64,000 nucleotides of DNA from Candidatus Woesebacteria bacterium (lineage in GTDB: Bacteria > Patescibacteriota > Microgenomatia > UBA1400 > UBA12108), in assembly GCA_018060845.1 (NCBI GenBank), contig JAGOVG010000006.1, forward strand, positions 3,502 to 67,501, given 5' to 3'. This document shows positions 1-10,209 of the stretch, piece by piece. The notes under the pieces were generated by a model. That model was given only the letters and a program-made list of their open reading frames with translations. It was not told the DNA's origin and did no database searches. The first letter of the stretch is position 1. The number at the start of each line of letters is the position of its first letter. Both the position numbers and the translations under genes were made by a program.

Positions 1-105
1 GTCACCCTGATCGTCCCAGTCGCTATGGAAGAAGGTCTAAACTTTGCTATCCGCGAAGGTGGCAAGACCGTCGGTGCTGGTGTTATCACCAAGATCGTAA
101 AATAA
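1..105 (+). CDS. tuf: Elongation factor Tu, C-terminal fragment (5' truncated by window edge)
   Basis: Frame 1 translates to ...[34 protein letters not shown] which is the conserved EF-Tu C-terminus; tuf normally sits directly upstream of rpsJ. Confidence 0.85.
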   Translation, partial: VTLIVPVAMEEGLNFAIREGGKTVGAGVITKIVK

Positions 106-155
106 AGCAACTTAGTTAATCAAGTATTGTTCATGAGTCAACCTCATAGAACAAG

Positions 156-182
156 AGCGGTCCGATACAACATCGGGCCGCT
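156..182 (+). terminator. 11-bp stem-loop (agcggtccgat/atcgggccgct) between tuf and rpsJ; possible terminator/attenuator
   Basis: Inverted repeat read directly from the sequence; followed by an A/T-rich stretch. Confidence 0.35.
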
Positions 183-216
183 CAATAATTAAATACTACG
201 AAAGGTCAAAAAGGCA

Positions 217-525
217 ATGACAGCTAATCGAATCAGAGTCAAACTAAAATCGTTCGACCACCGCGTCATTGACGAGGCTGCTGCTAAGATCGTTGACACC
301 GCTATATCGACCGGTGCTCGCGTGATTGGTCCAGTCCCGCTCCCAACACGTCGCAAACTCATGACTGTTTTGACCAGTCCCCACGTCGACAAAAATGCTC
401 GGGACCACTTTCAGATTTTGACTCACAAAAGACTTATTGATATCGAAAAGCCAACAGGCAAAACTATCGATGCCCTCATGCATCTAGAGCTCCCTGCAGG
501 TGTTGGTATCGAAGTAAAGATGTGA
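217..525 (+). CDS. rpsJ: 30S ribosomal protein S10
   Basis: 102 aa; typical S10 sequence and operon position. Confidence 0.95.
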   Translation: MTANRIRVKLKSFDHRVIDEAAAKIVDTAISTGARVIGPVPLPTRRKLMTVLTSPHVDKNARDHFQILTHKRLIDIEKPTGKTIDALMHLELPAGVGIEVKM

Positions 526-595
526 GGACGATGATTATTTAATGTAATTAAAATAACCCTCATCCCGATCGAAGCATCGGGATAAAACAAAAATT

Positions 596-1300
596 ATGAA
601 TACTATATACGCCAAAAAAATCGGAATGACAGAGAGTTATGTCGGTGACACTCGTCGCAGCGTAACCATTCTTCAGGTTATGCCGATGACCGTCGCTCAT
701 CAAAAAACTGTCGAAAAAGATGGCTACGCCAAAGCTCAGGTTATATTTGGTGAAACCACCAAAAAAGCTACCAAAGCCCAGGCAGGACATCTCAAAAAAT
801 CCAAAACCAAAGGTAAATACGTTCGTGAAATCGATGGTATTACCGAGCTAGAGGTCGGGTCTGTGGTCAACATTGACGCTCTCCTAGTTGCTGGTACTGT
901 AGTTGACGTCTCAGGTATTAGTAAAGGCAAGGGTATTGCTGGTGTAGTCAAACGCTGGAACTTTGCAGGTGGACCTAGAACTCACGGTCAATCAGATCGC
1001 TTGCGCCGCGCCGGATCTATTGGTCAGGGTACCACCCCAGGTCGTGTTTACAAAGGTAAAAAGATGTCCGGTCGTATGGGCAATGACGCAGTGACAATCA
1101 AAAACACATTCATCGTTGCTTACAATGAGACTAACAGCTACCTCTTTGTAGCAGGCTCCGTCCCAGGATCCAATGGCAATATCGTCAAACTAGTCAAAAC
1201 AGCTGACGCTCCAAAGGACTTCCCAACTGTAACTCTAACCAAAAAGAACGTCATAGTCCCAGTAGCACCAACAGAAGTAGTAGAAAGTGAGACTGTATGA
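596..1300 (+). CDS. rplC: 50S ribosomal protein L3
   Basis: 234 aa; KKIGMT motif near N-terminus; follows rpsJ. Confidence 0.9.
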   Translation: MNTIYAKKIGMTESYVGDTRRSVTILQVMPMTVAHQKTVEKDGYAKAQVIFGETTKKATKAQAGHLKKSKTKGKYVREIDGITELEVGSVVNIDALLVAGTVVDVSGISKGKGIAGVVKRWNFAGGPRTHGQSDRLRRAGSIGQGTTPGRVYKGKKMSGRMGNDAVTIKNTFIVAYNETNSYLFVAGSVPGSNGNIVKLVKTADAPKDFPTVTLTKKNVIVPVAPTEVVESETV

Positions 1301-1953
1301 AAATAAACGTTTTTACAATCACCGGCAAAACCGAATCACCTTGGGAACTAGATCTCAAAGTACTAGGCAAGCTTAACCCAGCTCTATTATCTCAGGCACT
1401 GCGAGTCTATGAGAGTAACTCCCACCAGGGTACCAGCGCAGTCAAAACTCGTGGTGAAGTCAACGGTAGTACCAAAAAAATCTATCGCCAAAAAGGTACA
1501 GGGAACGCACGTCACGGCGCCAAATATGCTCCAGTCTTTGTTGGTGGTGGTATCGCCCACGGACCAAAGAGTATCAGGCCCGACAACTTAAAGCTTAGCA
1601 AAGCCATGCGCCGCCGCTCACTAGCTAGTGCTATTCTGGTCAAACTAAACGAAGAATCAGTCACAGGACTAGTCAACGTTAAAGCGGCAACAGGCAAAAC
1701 TAGTAGCGCAGTAAAACTCCTTTCAACCGTCGCCAATCACCCTAAAAATAAAGTCTTGGTCGTAACCAAGAATGCACAGCCACTCCTATTCCGGATGGTG
1801 CGCTCCCTTCAGGGTGTTACAATCAAACGTTCAGCTCTAGTAAATGCTTATGATCTGATCGCTCATGATAGGATCGTCACCACCAAGAGCGCCTACGACG
1901 CACTAGTTGAGCGAACTATCGCAGTCACTTCAAAGAGAGGTTCAAATGACTAA
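1297..1953 (+). CDS. rplD: 50S ribosomal protein L4
   Basis: 218 aa; conserved operon order; 4-nt overlap with rplC. Confidence 0.9.
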   Translation: MKINVFTITGKTESPWELDLKVLGKLNPALLSQALRVYESNSHQGTSAVKTRGEVNGSTKKIYRQKGTGNARHGAKYAPVFVGGGIAHGPKSIRPDNLKLSKAMRRRSLASAILVKLNEESVTGLVNVKAATGKTSSAVKLLSTVANHPKNKVLVVTKNAQPLLFRMVRSLQGVTIKRSALVNAYDLIAHDRIVTTKSAYDALVERTIAVTSKRGSND

Positions 1954-2239
1954 TATTTTAATCAAACCACATCTAACAGAAAAAACTATTGCAACTACCA
2001 GTAACTCTGGCTTTACCTTCCAGGTATTGCCCGGTGCCACCAAGTCACAGATCAAAGACATCGTCGTCAAAACCTTTAATGTCCACGTTTTGCGTGTCAC
2101 GACCCGCACCACTCACGTGCCTGGCAAGAGGAGTAACACTCGTCGAACCACCAGTAGTGATAGTCTCGTCAAATACGCAACAGTGTATCTCAAAAAAGGA
2201 GAGTCAATAAGCCTTTTTGAATTTAAGGATAACAAATAA
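1946..2239 (+). CDS. rplW: 50S ribosomal protein L23
   Basis: ORF 1907..2239; the internal Met giving [13 protein letters not shown] matches the L23 N-terminus. Confidence 0.85.
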   Translation: MTNILIKPHLTEKTIATTSNSGFTFQVLPGATKSQIKDIVVKTFNVHVLRVTTRTTHVPGKRSNTRRTTSSDSLVKYATVYLKKGESISLFEFKDNK

Positions 2240-2241
2240 CT

Positions 2242-3069
2242 ATGTTAAAACAATCCAAACCAACCAGCAGTGGCGTCAGACACAAAATTACTGTCGTCAA
2301 GAATTTGACTACCAGTAAACCTGAAAAGTCGTTAACTGAAAAAGTCAAAAAGAATAGTGGTCGCAACGCCCACGGTCACATTACCACGAGGCATCGCGGT
2401 GGTGGCGAAAAGAGACGATACCGAATCATCGATTTTAAGCGCAACAAACTAGGTATTGATGCTCGCGTCATGACCCTCGAATACGATCCAAACAGAAGTG
2501 CCACAATCGCCCTACTCCAGTATAGGGACGGCGAAAAGCGCTACATCCTCGCTCCCGATGGATTAGAAGTTGATATGACAGTCACTTCAGGTCCAGATGT
2601 CGAACCTCGCGTAGGTAACGCTCTCCCTCTCAAAAAGATCCCGATTGGTATGCCTATCCACAATATCGAGCTTAAGGCTCGCGCAGGGGCTCAGATGGTC
2701 CGAGCCGCTGGTACTGCCGCACTCATCCAATCCAAAGAGGCTGGTGTTGTTACAATCAAGCTTCCTTCAGGCGAAATTCGCTTGTTAAAAGAGGATTGTT
2801 TTGCTACAATCGGCCAGGTCTCTAATCTGGATCACAAAAATCGTCAGATTGGTAAAGCAGGTCGTCGTAGACACATGGGCTGGCGTCCTACCGTTCGTGG
2901 TGTCGCCCAGCATCCAGGCAGTCACCCACATGGTGGTGGAGAAGGCCGATCTGGTATTGGTATGCCAGGTCCTAAGACTCCATGGGGCAAACCAGCTCTC
3001 GGCAAAAAAACGAGAGGTAAGTACAAATACAGTAATAAATATATAGTCAAAGACAGGAGAGTTAAATAA
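2242..3069 (+). CDS. rplB: 50S ribosomal protein L2
   Basis: 275 aa; conserved GRNAHG and C-terminal HPHGGGEG motifs. Confidence 0.95.
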   Translation: MLKQSKPTSSGVRHKITVVKNLTTSKPEKSLTEKVKKNSGRNAHGHITTRHRGGGEKRRYRIIDFKRNKLGIDARVMTLEYDPNRSATIALLQYRDGEKRYILAPDGLEVDMTVTSGPDVEPRVGNALPLKKIPIGMPIHNIELKARAGAQMVRAAGTAALIQSKEAGVVTIKLPSGEIRLLKEDCFATIGQVSNLDHKNRQIGKAGRRRHMGWRPTVRGVAQHPGSHPHGGGEGRSGIGMPGPKTPWGKPALGKKTRGKYKYSNKYIVKDRRVK

Positions 3070-3070
3070 A

Positions 3071-3355
3071 ATGAGTAGAAGTAGCGCCAAAGGCCCATAC
3101 GTCGACCAAAAGCTCTTAGCCAAGGTATTAGCCAAGGTAAGTGCTGGAGTCAAAGCTCCTATCAAAACTTGGGCACGCAGCTGCAGTATTCCTCCAGAGT
3201 TTGTCGGACACACCTTTATGGTTCACAACGGCAAAGTCTTTAAAGAAGTCTTTGTTAGCGAAGAAATGGTTGGACACAAACTAGGCGAGTTTTCGCCCAC
3301 ACGTACCTTCCGTGGTCACGGTAAGATCGTTAAACGTACACTAACTAAGACCTAA
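3071..3355 (+). CDS. rpsS: 30S ribosomal protein S19
   Basis: 94 aa; [12 protein letters not shown]-terminus. Confidence 0.95.
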   Translation: MSRSSAKGPYVDQKLLAKVLAKVSAGVKAPIKTWARSCSIPPEFVGHTFMVHNGKVFKEVFVSEEMVGHKLGEFSPTRTFRGHGKIVKRTLTKT

Positions 3356-3360
3356 AAATT

Positions 3361-3702
3361 ATGAAAACAGTACAAAAATACGTCAGAATGAGTCCCCGCA
3401 AGCTACGTCTTGTGGCCGATGCAGTTCGCAAGCTCGCCCCAGTTGACGCGCTCCAATACCTCAAATTCACCAAAAAAGCTGCCGCCGAGCCTATGTACAA
3501 AGCCATCAAAGCCGCAGTCAGTAACGCCAAAACCAATTTTGGGATCAAACCCGAGGCTCTGACTTTTGCCGAGATCGACGTTCAAACAGGTTTTACAATT
3601 AAGCGTTTTCGAGCAGTGTCACGTGGACAGGCTCACCACATTATGAAACGCACGAGTCACATTCGTGTCGTACTCAAGGAGAAAAATGGGACAAAAAGTT
3701 AA
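3361..3702 (+). CDS. rplV: 50S ribosomal protein L22
   Basis: 113 aa; operon position and sequence. Confidence 0.9.
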   Translation: MKTVQKYVRMSPRKLRLVADAVRKLAPVDALQYLKFTKKAAAEPMYKAIKAAVSNAKTNFGIKPEALTFAEIDVQTGFTIKRFRAVSRGQAHHIMKRTSHIRVVLKEKNGTKS

Positions 3703-4336
3703 TCCACTAGGTTTTCGCCTAGGGGTACTCTACAAACCCTCTTCGATTTGGTTTGCCTCAAAAAAGGACTACCAAACTCTTGTCTTGCAAGATATTAAAC
3801 TCAAAGAGTTTATTATGAAGAAGCTTCAGCTCGCAGGTATTGCGAGTGTAGAGATCGAGCGATCAATCAACACCATGCGTGTTGTGGTCAACGCAGCCAG
3901 GCCTGGTATTGTGATCGGCCGCGGTGGCACTAACCTCGAACTCCTCAAAAAAGAAATCGAAAAATATCTAAAAACTATCGGTGCCAACTCTTCGCTCAAA
4001 TTCCAGCTCGATATCAAAGAAGTCAAAAATCCTGATCTCTGTGCCAAACTAGTGGCCGAGCGCATCGTCGACCAGCTAATCAAGCGCTATCCTCATCGCC
4101 GCGCCATCAGCTCGGCTCAGGAGCGCGTAATGTCCGCAGGTGCCAAAGGTATCAAATTCCAGCTATCAGGTCGTATTGGTGGAGCCGAGATCGGCCGCAC
4201 CGAGAAGTACGCTTTTGGTAGTATCCCCACACAGACTCTTCGCTCAGACATTGACTACGCCGAAGTCCCAGCTCTAACTCGTTCCGGCTATGTAGGTATC
4301 AAGATCTGGATTTACAAAGGAGAAGCTACACTATGA
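3686..4336 (+). CDS. rpsC: 30S ribosomal protein S3
   Basis: MGQKVNPLGFRLG N-terminus, preceded by AAGGAG; KH domain; ORF track starts earlier at 3665. Confidence 0.9.
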   Translation: MGQKVNPLGFRLGVLYKPSSIWFASKKDYQTLVLQDIKLKEFIMKKLQLAGIASVEIERSINTMRVVVNAARPGIVIGRGGTNLELLKKEIEKYLKTIGANSSLKFQLDIKEVKNPDLCAKLVAERIVDQLIKRYPHRRAISSAQERVMSAGAKGIKFQLSGRIGGAEIGRTEKYAFGSIPTQTLRSDIDYAEVPALTRSGYVGIKIWIYKGEATL

Positions 4337-4746
4337 TGCAGCCAGCTCGTCGTAAATACCGTAAGGAGTTTCGTGGCATGATGTCAGGTGTGGCATCCCG
4401 CGGTATCACAGTCGCATTTGGAGACTTTGGTCTCAAAGTACTAGAGAATTCTTGGATTACCTCCGCTCAGCTCGAGGCAGCACGTCGCACGATTACTCAT
4501 CACACCAAACGCGGTGGCAAGCTCTGGCTCAGAGTCTTCCCTCACAAGCCGCTAACCGGCAAGGCAGCAGGTAGTAAAATGGGTTCAGGCAAAGGTGACA
4601 TTAGCCACTACACTAGCGTAGTGCTAGCGGGAACTGTGCTTTTTGAGCTAGGCGGGGTAGATGTAGCAACCGCCAAAGAAGCATTTAGGAAAGCTGGTTC
4701 AAAACTACCCGTCATCACACGATTTGTCACTAGGGGAGAAATATAA
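4333..4746 (+). CDS. rplP: 50S ribosomal protein L16
   Basis: 137 aa; typical L16. Confidence 0.9.
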   Translation: MMQPARRKYRKEFRGMMSGVASRGITVAFGDFGLKVLENSWITSAQLEAARRTITHHTKRGGKLWLRVFPHKPLTGKAAGSKMGSGKGDISHYTSVVLAGTVLFELGGVDVATAKEAFRKAGSKLPVITRFVTRGEI

Positions 4747-4747
4747 A

Positions 4748-4960
4748 ATGAAAAAACAATCATTACAAGAAATCATTAAAAAAGGCGAGAGTAGCGTTAT
4801 GGCCCAAGTCCAGGCTTTCAAGCTAGAGCTACAAAAGATCAAACTAGAAGCGTCTCGTGGTGAACTCAAAAATACCCGAGCCAGTCGCAATATTCGCCGT
4901 AGTATTGCTCAGCTTTTAACCTCACTCAATCTAGCCAAAATTGTAAAGGAACAATCATGA
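4748..4960 (+). CDS. rpmC: 50S ribosomal protein L29
   Basis: Small helical protein in the L16-L29-S17 position; start chosen at ATG after AGGGGAG. Confidence 0.8.
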   Translation: MKKQSLQEIIKKGESSVMAQVQAFKLELQKIKLEASRGELKNTRASRNIRRSIAQLLTSLNLAKIVKEQS

Positions 4961-5187
4961 AGCAATTTACAGCAACCGTAGTCTCCGTCATCGATGCCTC
5001 AAGTGCTGTCGTATTGGTAGAGTCTTCATGGAAGCATCCTCTCTACAAAAAAACAGTAAGACGTAGCAAAAAATACTTGGTACAAAACGATAAAGCAGCT
5101 AAAAGCGGAGAAACCGTGACAATCCAAGAGACTCGTCCACTCTCAGCTCGCAAGCGCTTTATGATCACAGAGGTAATCAAAAAATAA
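4957..5187 (+). CDS. rpsQ: 30S ribosomal protein S17
   Basis: 76 aa; operon position. Confidence 0.9.
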   Translation: MKQFTATVVSVIDASSAVVLVESSWKHPLYKKTVRRSKKYLVQNDKAAKSGETVTIQETRPLSARKRFMITEVIKK

Positions 5188-5191
5188 ACAT

Positions 5192-5563
5192 ATGATACAA
5201 CTACGCTCAGTCCTAGTAGCAGCAGATAACAGTGGCGCCAAAAGGCTCCGTGTTATCCACGTCCATGGTGGCTCCACCCGCCGCTTTGGCTATATCGGTG
5301 ACATGGTCACCGCAGTAGTCGATCAGGCAGATCCAAACGGCTACGTCAAAGATAGCGAAAAAGTCAAAGTCGTAATCGTCCGAACCCGCAAAGAGACTCG
5401 TCGAGCAGACGGTACCTATGTCAGATTCGACGACAACGCCGGCGTCATCATTGATCCAAAAACCAAAGACCCCATCGCTTCTCGCGTCTTCGGACCAATT
5501 GCCAGAGAAGTCAAAGAGCGCGGTTATAATAAGATTGCGTCCCTAGCACCGGAGGTAGTATGA
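5192..5563 (+). CDS. rplN: 50S ribosomal protein L14
   Basis: 123 aa; MIQLRSVLVAADNSGAK N-terminus. Confidence 0.95.
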   Translation: MIQLRSVLVAADNSGAKRLRVIHVHGGSTRRFGYIGDMVTAVVDQADPNGYVKDSEKVKVVIVRTRKETRRADGTYVRFDDNAGVIIDPKTKDPIASRVFGPIAREVKERGYNKIASLAPEVV

Positions 5564-5865
5564 GTACAAAAAAATTCAAAAAAGGCGATATCGTACTGGT
5601 TACTGCCGGAAGAGATAAAGGCATGTCAGGCAAAATCCTTAAGATCAATCAGGCTGACAACACTGCAGTAGTCGAAGGCGTTGCTCTCTACAAACGCCAC
5701 ATCAAGCCAACCCAGAATACTGCTGGTGGTATGAAGAGTATCGAGCGCGCTCAATCATTCGCTAAGATCGCACTCACCGAAGATGGTAAAGCTATCAGGG
5801 TCGGTCTCAAGCGCGACAAAAACAAAACATCACGTATTAGTAAAAAATCCGGAAAAGCTATATGA
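5560..5865 (+). CDS. rplX: 50S ribosomal protein L24
   Basis: 101 aa; KOW motif KGDIVLVTAGRDKG. Confidence 0.9.
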   Translation: MSTKKFKKGDIVLVTAGRDKGMSGKILKINQADNTAVVEGVALYKRHIKPTQNTAGGMKSIERAQSFAKIALTEDGKAIRVGLKRDKNKTSRISKKSGKAI

Positions 5866-6428
5866 CCAACAAAACTGACGCAAACCTAAAAACACGTTTT
5901 GATCAGACAATCCGTCCTGAGCTTGGCCGTGCACTTGGTATCACCAATCCTCTCGCCATCCCTCATATCAAAAAAGTAATCGTCAACGTCGGTATCAGAA
6001 AATCTGACACTTCAGACAAAGACGTCAAAACTGCCTTTACCGAGCTCGCAAGTATCACTGGCCAGACCCCAAAAATCGCTGGAGCCAAAAAATCTATCGC
6101 AGGTTTTAAGATCAGAGCAGGCGACCCAGTAGGTGTCAGTGTTACCCTACGTGCAACCAAAATGTTTGATTTCCTCGATAAATTGTGTAGAATAGTGCTT
6201 CCGCAAGTCAAAGACTTTCGCGGAGTCAAAACTACTGGCTTTGACGGCTCCGGGAACTACACCCTCGGTCTCACAGAACAAATCATCTTTCCCGAGATTG
6301 ATTATGCCAAAGTAGAAAAAGTACACGGTATGGAGATTGTCATTGTGACAAGCACCAAATCCGATACTAACGCAAAAGAATTACTAAAAGCGATTGGTAT
6401 GCCATTCGCCAAAGAGGAAAAAAACTAA
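5862..6428 (+). CDS. rplE: 50S ribosomal protein L5
   Basis: 188 aa; operon position and sequence. Confidence 0.9.
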   Translation: MTNKTDANLKTRFDQTIRPELGRALGITNPLAIPHIKKVIVNVGIRKSDTSDKDVKTAFTELASITGQTPKIAGAKKSIAGFKIRAGDPVGVSVTLRATKMFDFLDKLCRIVLPQVKDFRGVKTTGFDGSGNYTLGLTEQIIFPEIDYAKVEKVHGMEIVIVTSTKSDTNAKELLKAIGMPFAKEEKN

Positions 6429-6614
6429 ATGGCACGCACATCATTAATAGTCAAAAGCCAGAAAAAACCAAAGTTCAGCAGTCGTTCTCACAATCGCTGC
6501 AAACTTTGCGGAAGACCTAAGTCATACATTCGCCAGTTTGGCATGTGTCGTCTTTGCTTCCGTGAGCAAGCTCTTAAAGGCAATCTACCAGGAGTTACCA
6601 AAGCTAGTTGGTAA
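6429..6614 (+). CDS. rpsN: 30S ribosomal protein S14 type Z (zinc-binding)
   Basis: 61 aa with CxxC...CxxC (CKLCGR...CRLCFRE). Confidence 0.9.
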   Translation: MARTSLIVKSQKKPKFSSRSHNRCKLCGRPKSYIRQFGMCRLCFREQALKGNLPGVTKASW

Positions 6615-6620
6615 AAAATT

Positions 6621-7013
6621 ATGCACAGTGATACACTCGCCGACACACTTATTCGTCTCAAGAACGGCTCTGCCGTCAAGAAGCCTAGCGTGATCGTACC
6701 CTACAACAAAATGAACGACAAAGTCTTAACGCTCATGCAAAAAGAAAACTACATCGCTAGTTTTGAAAAAGATGAGACAGGTGACTTCCCAGTATTTAAG
6801 GTAACTCTCAAATATGTAGGTGGTACCCCCGCAATCGCTCATATCAAAAAAATCAGCAAGCCAGGTGTACGTATCTACAGTCGAGCTGCTGATCTCAAAA
6901 AGACTCTCTCAGGCTTTGGTCTCAAGATCATTAGCACCAACAAAGGTATCATGACCGATTCAGAAGCTAAAAAGAATAAAGTAGGAGGAGAAGTTCTAGC
7001 CGAACTCTGGTAA
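6621..7013 (+). CDS. rpsH: 30S ribosomal protein S8
   Basis: 130 aa; operon position. Confidence 0.9.
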   Translation: MHSDTLADTLIRLKNGSAVKKPSVIVPYNKMNDKVLTLMQKENYIASFEKDETGDFPVFKVTLKYVGGTPAIAHIKKISKPGVRIYSRAADLKKTLSGFGLKIISTNKGIMTDSEAKKNKVGGEVLAELW

Positions 7014-7016
7014 TAT

Positions 7017-7568
7017 ATGTCAAAAATCGGCCGCGCCCCAATCATTATTCCTGCAGGTGTAACTATCACTCAAGATGGCAGTGTTGTTACAGTAACAGGT
7101 CCTAAGGGTGTCTTAACCCACACAATTCCAAGCGGGATCACCGCTAAACTCGAGGGTGATACTCTCGTAATTACTCGTGCAACCGAAGAAAAAAACCATC
7201 GCGCACTCCACGGCGTCACCCGTGCAGTCATAGCCAATCACGTAACAGGTACAACTGTTGGTTTCACCAAGATCCTAGAGTTAGTCGGTACCGGTTACCG
7301 CGCTCGTATGCAGGGTTCTACTTTAGTGCTATCACTAGGTTTCTCACATGAGATCGAGTTTAATGCACCAGCTGGCATTACTGTCGCAGTCGAAAACACT
7401 AACATCATCAAGATTGGTGGGATCGATCGCCAGCAAGTCGGCGAAGTAGCCGCCAAAATCAGAGAATTTAGAAAGCCAGAGCCCTACAAAGGCAAAGGTG
7501 TTCGTTACCAAGGAGAGATTGTGCGCAAGAAAGCTGGTAAAGCAGCCAAAGCCGCAGGCTCAGCGTAA
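7017..7568 (+). CDS. rplF: 50S ribosomal protein L6
   Basis: 183 aa; operon position. Confidence 0.9.
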   Translation: MSKIGRAPIIIPAGVTITQDGSVVTVTGPKGVLTHTIPSGITAKLEGDTLVITRATEEKNHRALHGVTRAVIANHVTGTTVGFTKILELVGTGYRARMQGSTLVLSLGFSHEIEFNAPAGITVAVENTNIIKIGGIDRQQVGEVAAKIREFRKPEPYKGKGVRYQGEIVRKKAGKAAKAAGSA

Positions 7569-7579
7569 GGATTAAGATT

Positions 7580-7915
7580 ATGAAAATGCAATCAACACAC
7601 ACACGTCGTGCCAAGCGAGTTCGCGCTAGTATCAAGAGTGCTGACAACAGGCCTAGGCTTAGTGTCTACAGGAGCGACGCTCATATCTGGGCTCAGATCA
7701 TCGACGACACTCGCCACATCACACTTGCTTCAGCAACTGACATGGAACTAAAAGGCACCAAAACCGAAAAAGCCATAGCAGTCGGTGCTAAAATTGCCGA
7801 GGCAGCCAAAAAAGTTGGTGTTACAACTATAGTATTTGATCGCGGTAGCTATCGCTACCATGGTCGAATCAAGGCATTAGCAGATGCCGCTCGCTCAGCA
7901 GGTCTTATATTCTAA
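7580..7915 (+). CDS. rplR: 50S ribosomal protein L18
   Basis: 111 aa; operon position. Confidence 0.9.
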   Translation: MKMQSTHTRRAKRVRASIKSADNRPRLSVYRSDAHIWAQIIDDTRHITLASATDMELKGTKTEKAIAVGAKIAEAAKKVGVTTIVFDRGSYRYHGRIKALADAARSAGLIF

Positions 7916-7931
7916 AAGGAATCATAAATTC

Positions 7932-8477
7932 ATGAATCAAAATAACAATCGTCGTCAAAACACCCCCAAAGTCCCACAAGAGTTTGACGAAAAAGTCATC
8001 AGGATCTCACGCGTCTCCAAAAAAACCAAGGGTGGTAACAAAATGGGATTCAGCGCGCTCGTGGTCGTTGGTGATCGCAAAGGTCGTGTAGGTGTAGCTC
8101 TCGGCAAAGCAAAAGATGTCAGTAGTGCAATCAAAAAAGGCGTAAGACGAGGCAAAAAAACCTTGATCAGCGTCCCTCTAGTCGACAACCGCACTCTCCC
8201 ACACGAAATGACAATCAAATACGGTGCCGCTCGTCTCATGATCAAACCAGCCCCTGCTGGTACTGGTGTTATTGCTGGTGGTAGTGTCCGAGCAGTGCTC
8301 GAACTCTCCGGTGTCAGGGACGTTGTTGCCAAGTCACTCGGTACTAGTAACAAAGTTAGTAACGTTGTTGCGACCTACAGAGCTCTCAAAATGATGAAGG
8401 CAACAGTTGAGCGCAAAAGAGCCCTTGGTCAAAACCAAAAAGCTAGTAACACAGAAGTAAAGGAACCACACAAATGA
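7932..8477 (+). CDS. rpsE: 30S ribosomal protein S5
   Basis: Internal ATG of ORF 7884..8477 chosen so it does not overlap rplR; dsRBD and S5 C-terminal domains. Confidence 0.85.
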   Translation: MNQNNNRRQNTPKVPQEFDEKVIRISRVSKKTKGGNKMGFSALVVVGDRKGRVGVALGKAKDVSSAIKKGVRRGKKTLISVPLVDNRTLPHEMTIKYGAARLMIKPAPAGTGVIAGGSVRAVLELSGVRDVVAKSLGTSNKVSNVVATYRALKMMKATVERKRALGQNQKASNTEVKEPHK

Positions 8478-8923
8478 AGCTCCACTCACGTCCCAAAGTA
8501 GTCGAAACTAGCAAAAAACGTCTAGGCCAGGGTTATGGATCAGGCAAGGGTGGTCACACCAGTAGCCGCGGTCAAAAAGGTCAGAAGTCTAGAGGGAGTG
8601 TTAGACTTAGTTTTACTGGTAGCTCATGGGTTTGGTTCAAACGACTTCCATTTATTCGTGGTAAATCAAGGTTCGAGGGATTATCCGCTCGCCATACCAT
8701 CTCGCTCAATGATCTCAACAAGTTCAAAGCTGGTAGCACTATCGACCTAGCTGCTCTAAGAAACGCTAACCTTATCGGTAAAAGCGAAGGTACCAAAACA
8801 ATGGTACGTATAGTCGCTTCGGGTACTCTAACCAAAAAACTAACTGTGCTTGTTCCTGCCACTAGCACTGCAGTTAAAGCAATAGAGAAGGCAGGTGGGA
8901 GTTACAGTGTCCAAGCTAAGTGA
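8474..8923 (+). CDS. rplO: 50S ribosomal protein L15 (directly follows S5; no L30 gene)
   Basis: 149 aa, Gly-rich N-terminus; no rpmD between rpsE and rplO. Confidence 0.9.
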   Translation: MKLHSRPKVVETSKKRLGQGYGSGKGGHTSSRGQKGQKSRGSVRLSFTGSSWVWFKRLPFIRGKSRFEGLSARHTISLNDLNKFKAGSTIDLAALRNANLIGKSEGTKTMVRIVASGTLTKKLTVLVPATSTAVKAIEKAGGSYSVQAK

Positions 8924-10190
8924 GCTAGGTGGTACCATCAAAAGTAACCGCGAACTTAAGCGCCGATTGTTCATAACTGTCCTCATTCTGACCCTCTTTA
9001 GAGTTATCACTCTGATCCCAGTTCCTGGTGTCGACGTGAGTGCCATCAAAAATGTTTTTGCCAGCAACCAGTTGCTCTCTCTCCTCGACATCTTCTCAGG
9101 TGGCACGCTAGCCAACTTTTCTATTCTCGCCCTCGGCTTAAATCCCTATATCAACGCGAGTATTATCATGCAGCTACTCACTATGGTTGTACCAAAGCTA
9201 GAGGCTCTCCAAAAAGAAGGGGAATCAGGGAGTGAAGTGATTAACCAATACACTCGCATGATCGCTGTACCTTTATCGCTCTTGCAAGCAGGTGCCATGT
9301 ATATGGTATTGCAGTCCGGCAAACTCGTTACACTTGATTCACCCCTAGCTTTAATCGCTCTTTTACTCTCAATGTCAGCCGGTAGTATGCTGCTCATGTG
9401 GCTCGGCGAAAACCTGACAGAGTATGGGATCGGCAATGGTATCTCACTCCTAATTTTTGCCGGTATCGTAGGTCGTCTTCCGGTTACGCTCTTTCAGACC
9501 CAGGCTACTCTTACTACCATCAACCCATGGAACTTAGGATTGATTGTTGCCTTAGGCGTTGCGATCATCTATGCAGTCGTTGTGGTCGACGAAGCCAAGC
9601 GGCAGGTGACTATTCAGTATGCTCGGCGCATTAGGGGAGGCAGCGTTGGTGTTAGCTCCTCATACCTGCCTATCAAACTAAATAACGCTGGTGTCATTCC
9701 GATAATCTTTGCAATAGCCTTAGTACTCGCTCCCTCCATGATCGCTCAGCTCTTAACTAGGTTGCCCAATACGACTCTAGCAACAGCCGCCACTAACTTT
9801 GCCGCGAGCTTTACTCCGACCTCTTTTGCATACAATGCTATCTACTTTACACTCGTTGTCGCCTTTACTTACTTCTATACTGCCGTCGTTTTTGACGCCG
9901 ACAAAATCAGCGACAATCTTAAAAAGAACGGTGGCTACGTTCCCGGTATTAGGCCAGGCAGCCATACTGCCGCGTACCTTAGACGGATCGTTAGTCGCAC
10001 CACTCTACCTGGTGCAGTATTCTTAGGTTTGATCGCAGTATTACCGAGTATTGTCTCCGGGATGACCGGCATCCAGACGATTACGATTGGTGGGACCAGT
10101 CTCTTGATCGTTGTCTCAGTGGTCTTAGAGACTTATCGCAAGATGCAGACTTACTCTGTTACTCGTAGTTACGACAGTTTTGTTAAATAA
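8895..10190 (+). CDS. secY: Preprotein translocase subunit SecY
   Basis: 431 aa polytopic membrane protein in the spc operon position; GTG start in ORF track, start uncertain (alternative GTG at 8907). Confidence 0.9.
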   Translation: MGVTVSKLSELGGTIKSNRELKRRLFITVLILTLFRVITLIPVPGVDVSAIKNVFASNQLLSLLDIFSGGTLANFSILALGLNPYINASIIMQLLTMVVPKLEALQKEGESGSEVINQYTRMIAVPLSLLQAGAMYMVLQSGKLVTLDSPLALIALLLSMSAGSMLLMWLGENLTEYGIGNGISLLIFAGIVGRLPVTLFQTQATLTTINPWNLGLIVALGVAIIYAVVVVDEAKRQVTIQYARRIRGGSVGVSSSYLPIKLNNAGVIPIIFAIALVLAPSMIAQLLTRLPNTTLATAATNFAASFTPTSFAYNAIYFTLVVAFTYFYTAVVFDADKISDNLKKNGGYVPGIRPGSHTAAYLRRIVSRTTLPGAVFLGLIAVLPSIVSGMTGIQTITIGGTSLLIVVSVVLETYRKMQTYSVTRSYDSFVK

Positions 10191-10209
10191 TATTTACCAG
10201 GGAGAGAAT

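Noticed and set aside
189-483. Minus-strand ORFs (189..392, 244..483) antisense to rpsJ
   Set aside because: They lie entirely within the strongly supported rpsJ gene on the opposite strand; typical shadow ORFs.
2785-3213. 142-aa minus-strand ORF antisense to rplB/rpsS
   Set aside because: Overlaps conserved ribosomal protein genes; no motif, biased composition typical of antisense frames.
7955-8353. 132-aa minus-strand ORF inside rpsE
   Set aside because: Antisense artefact of a highly conserved gene.
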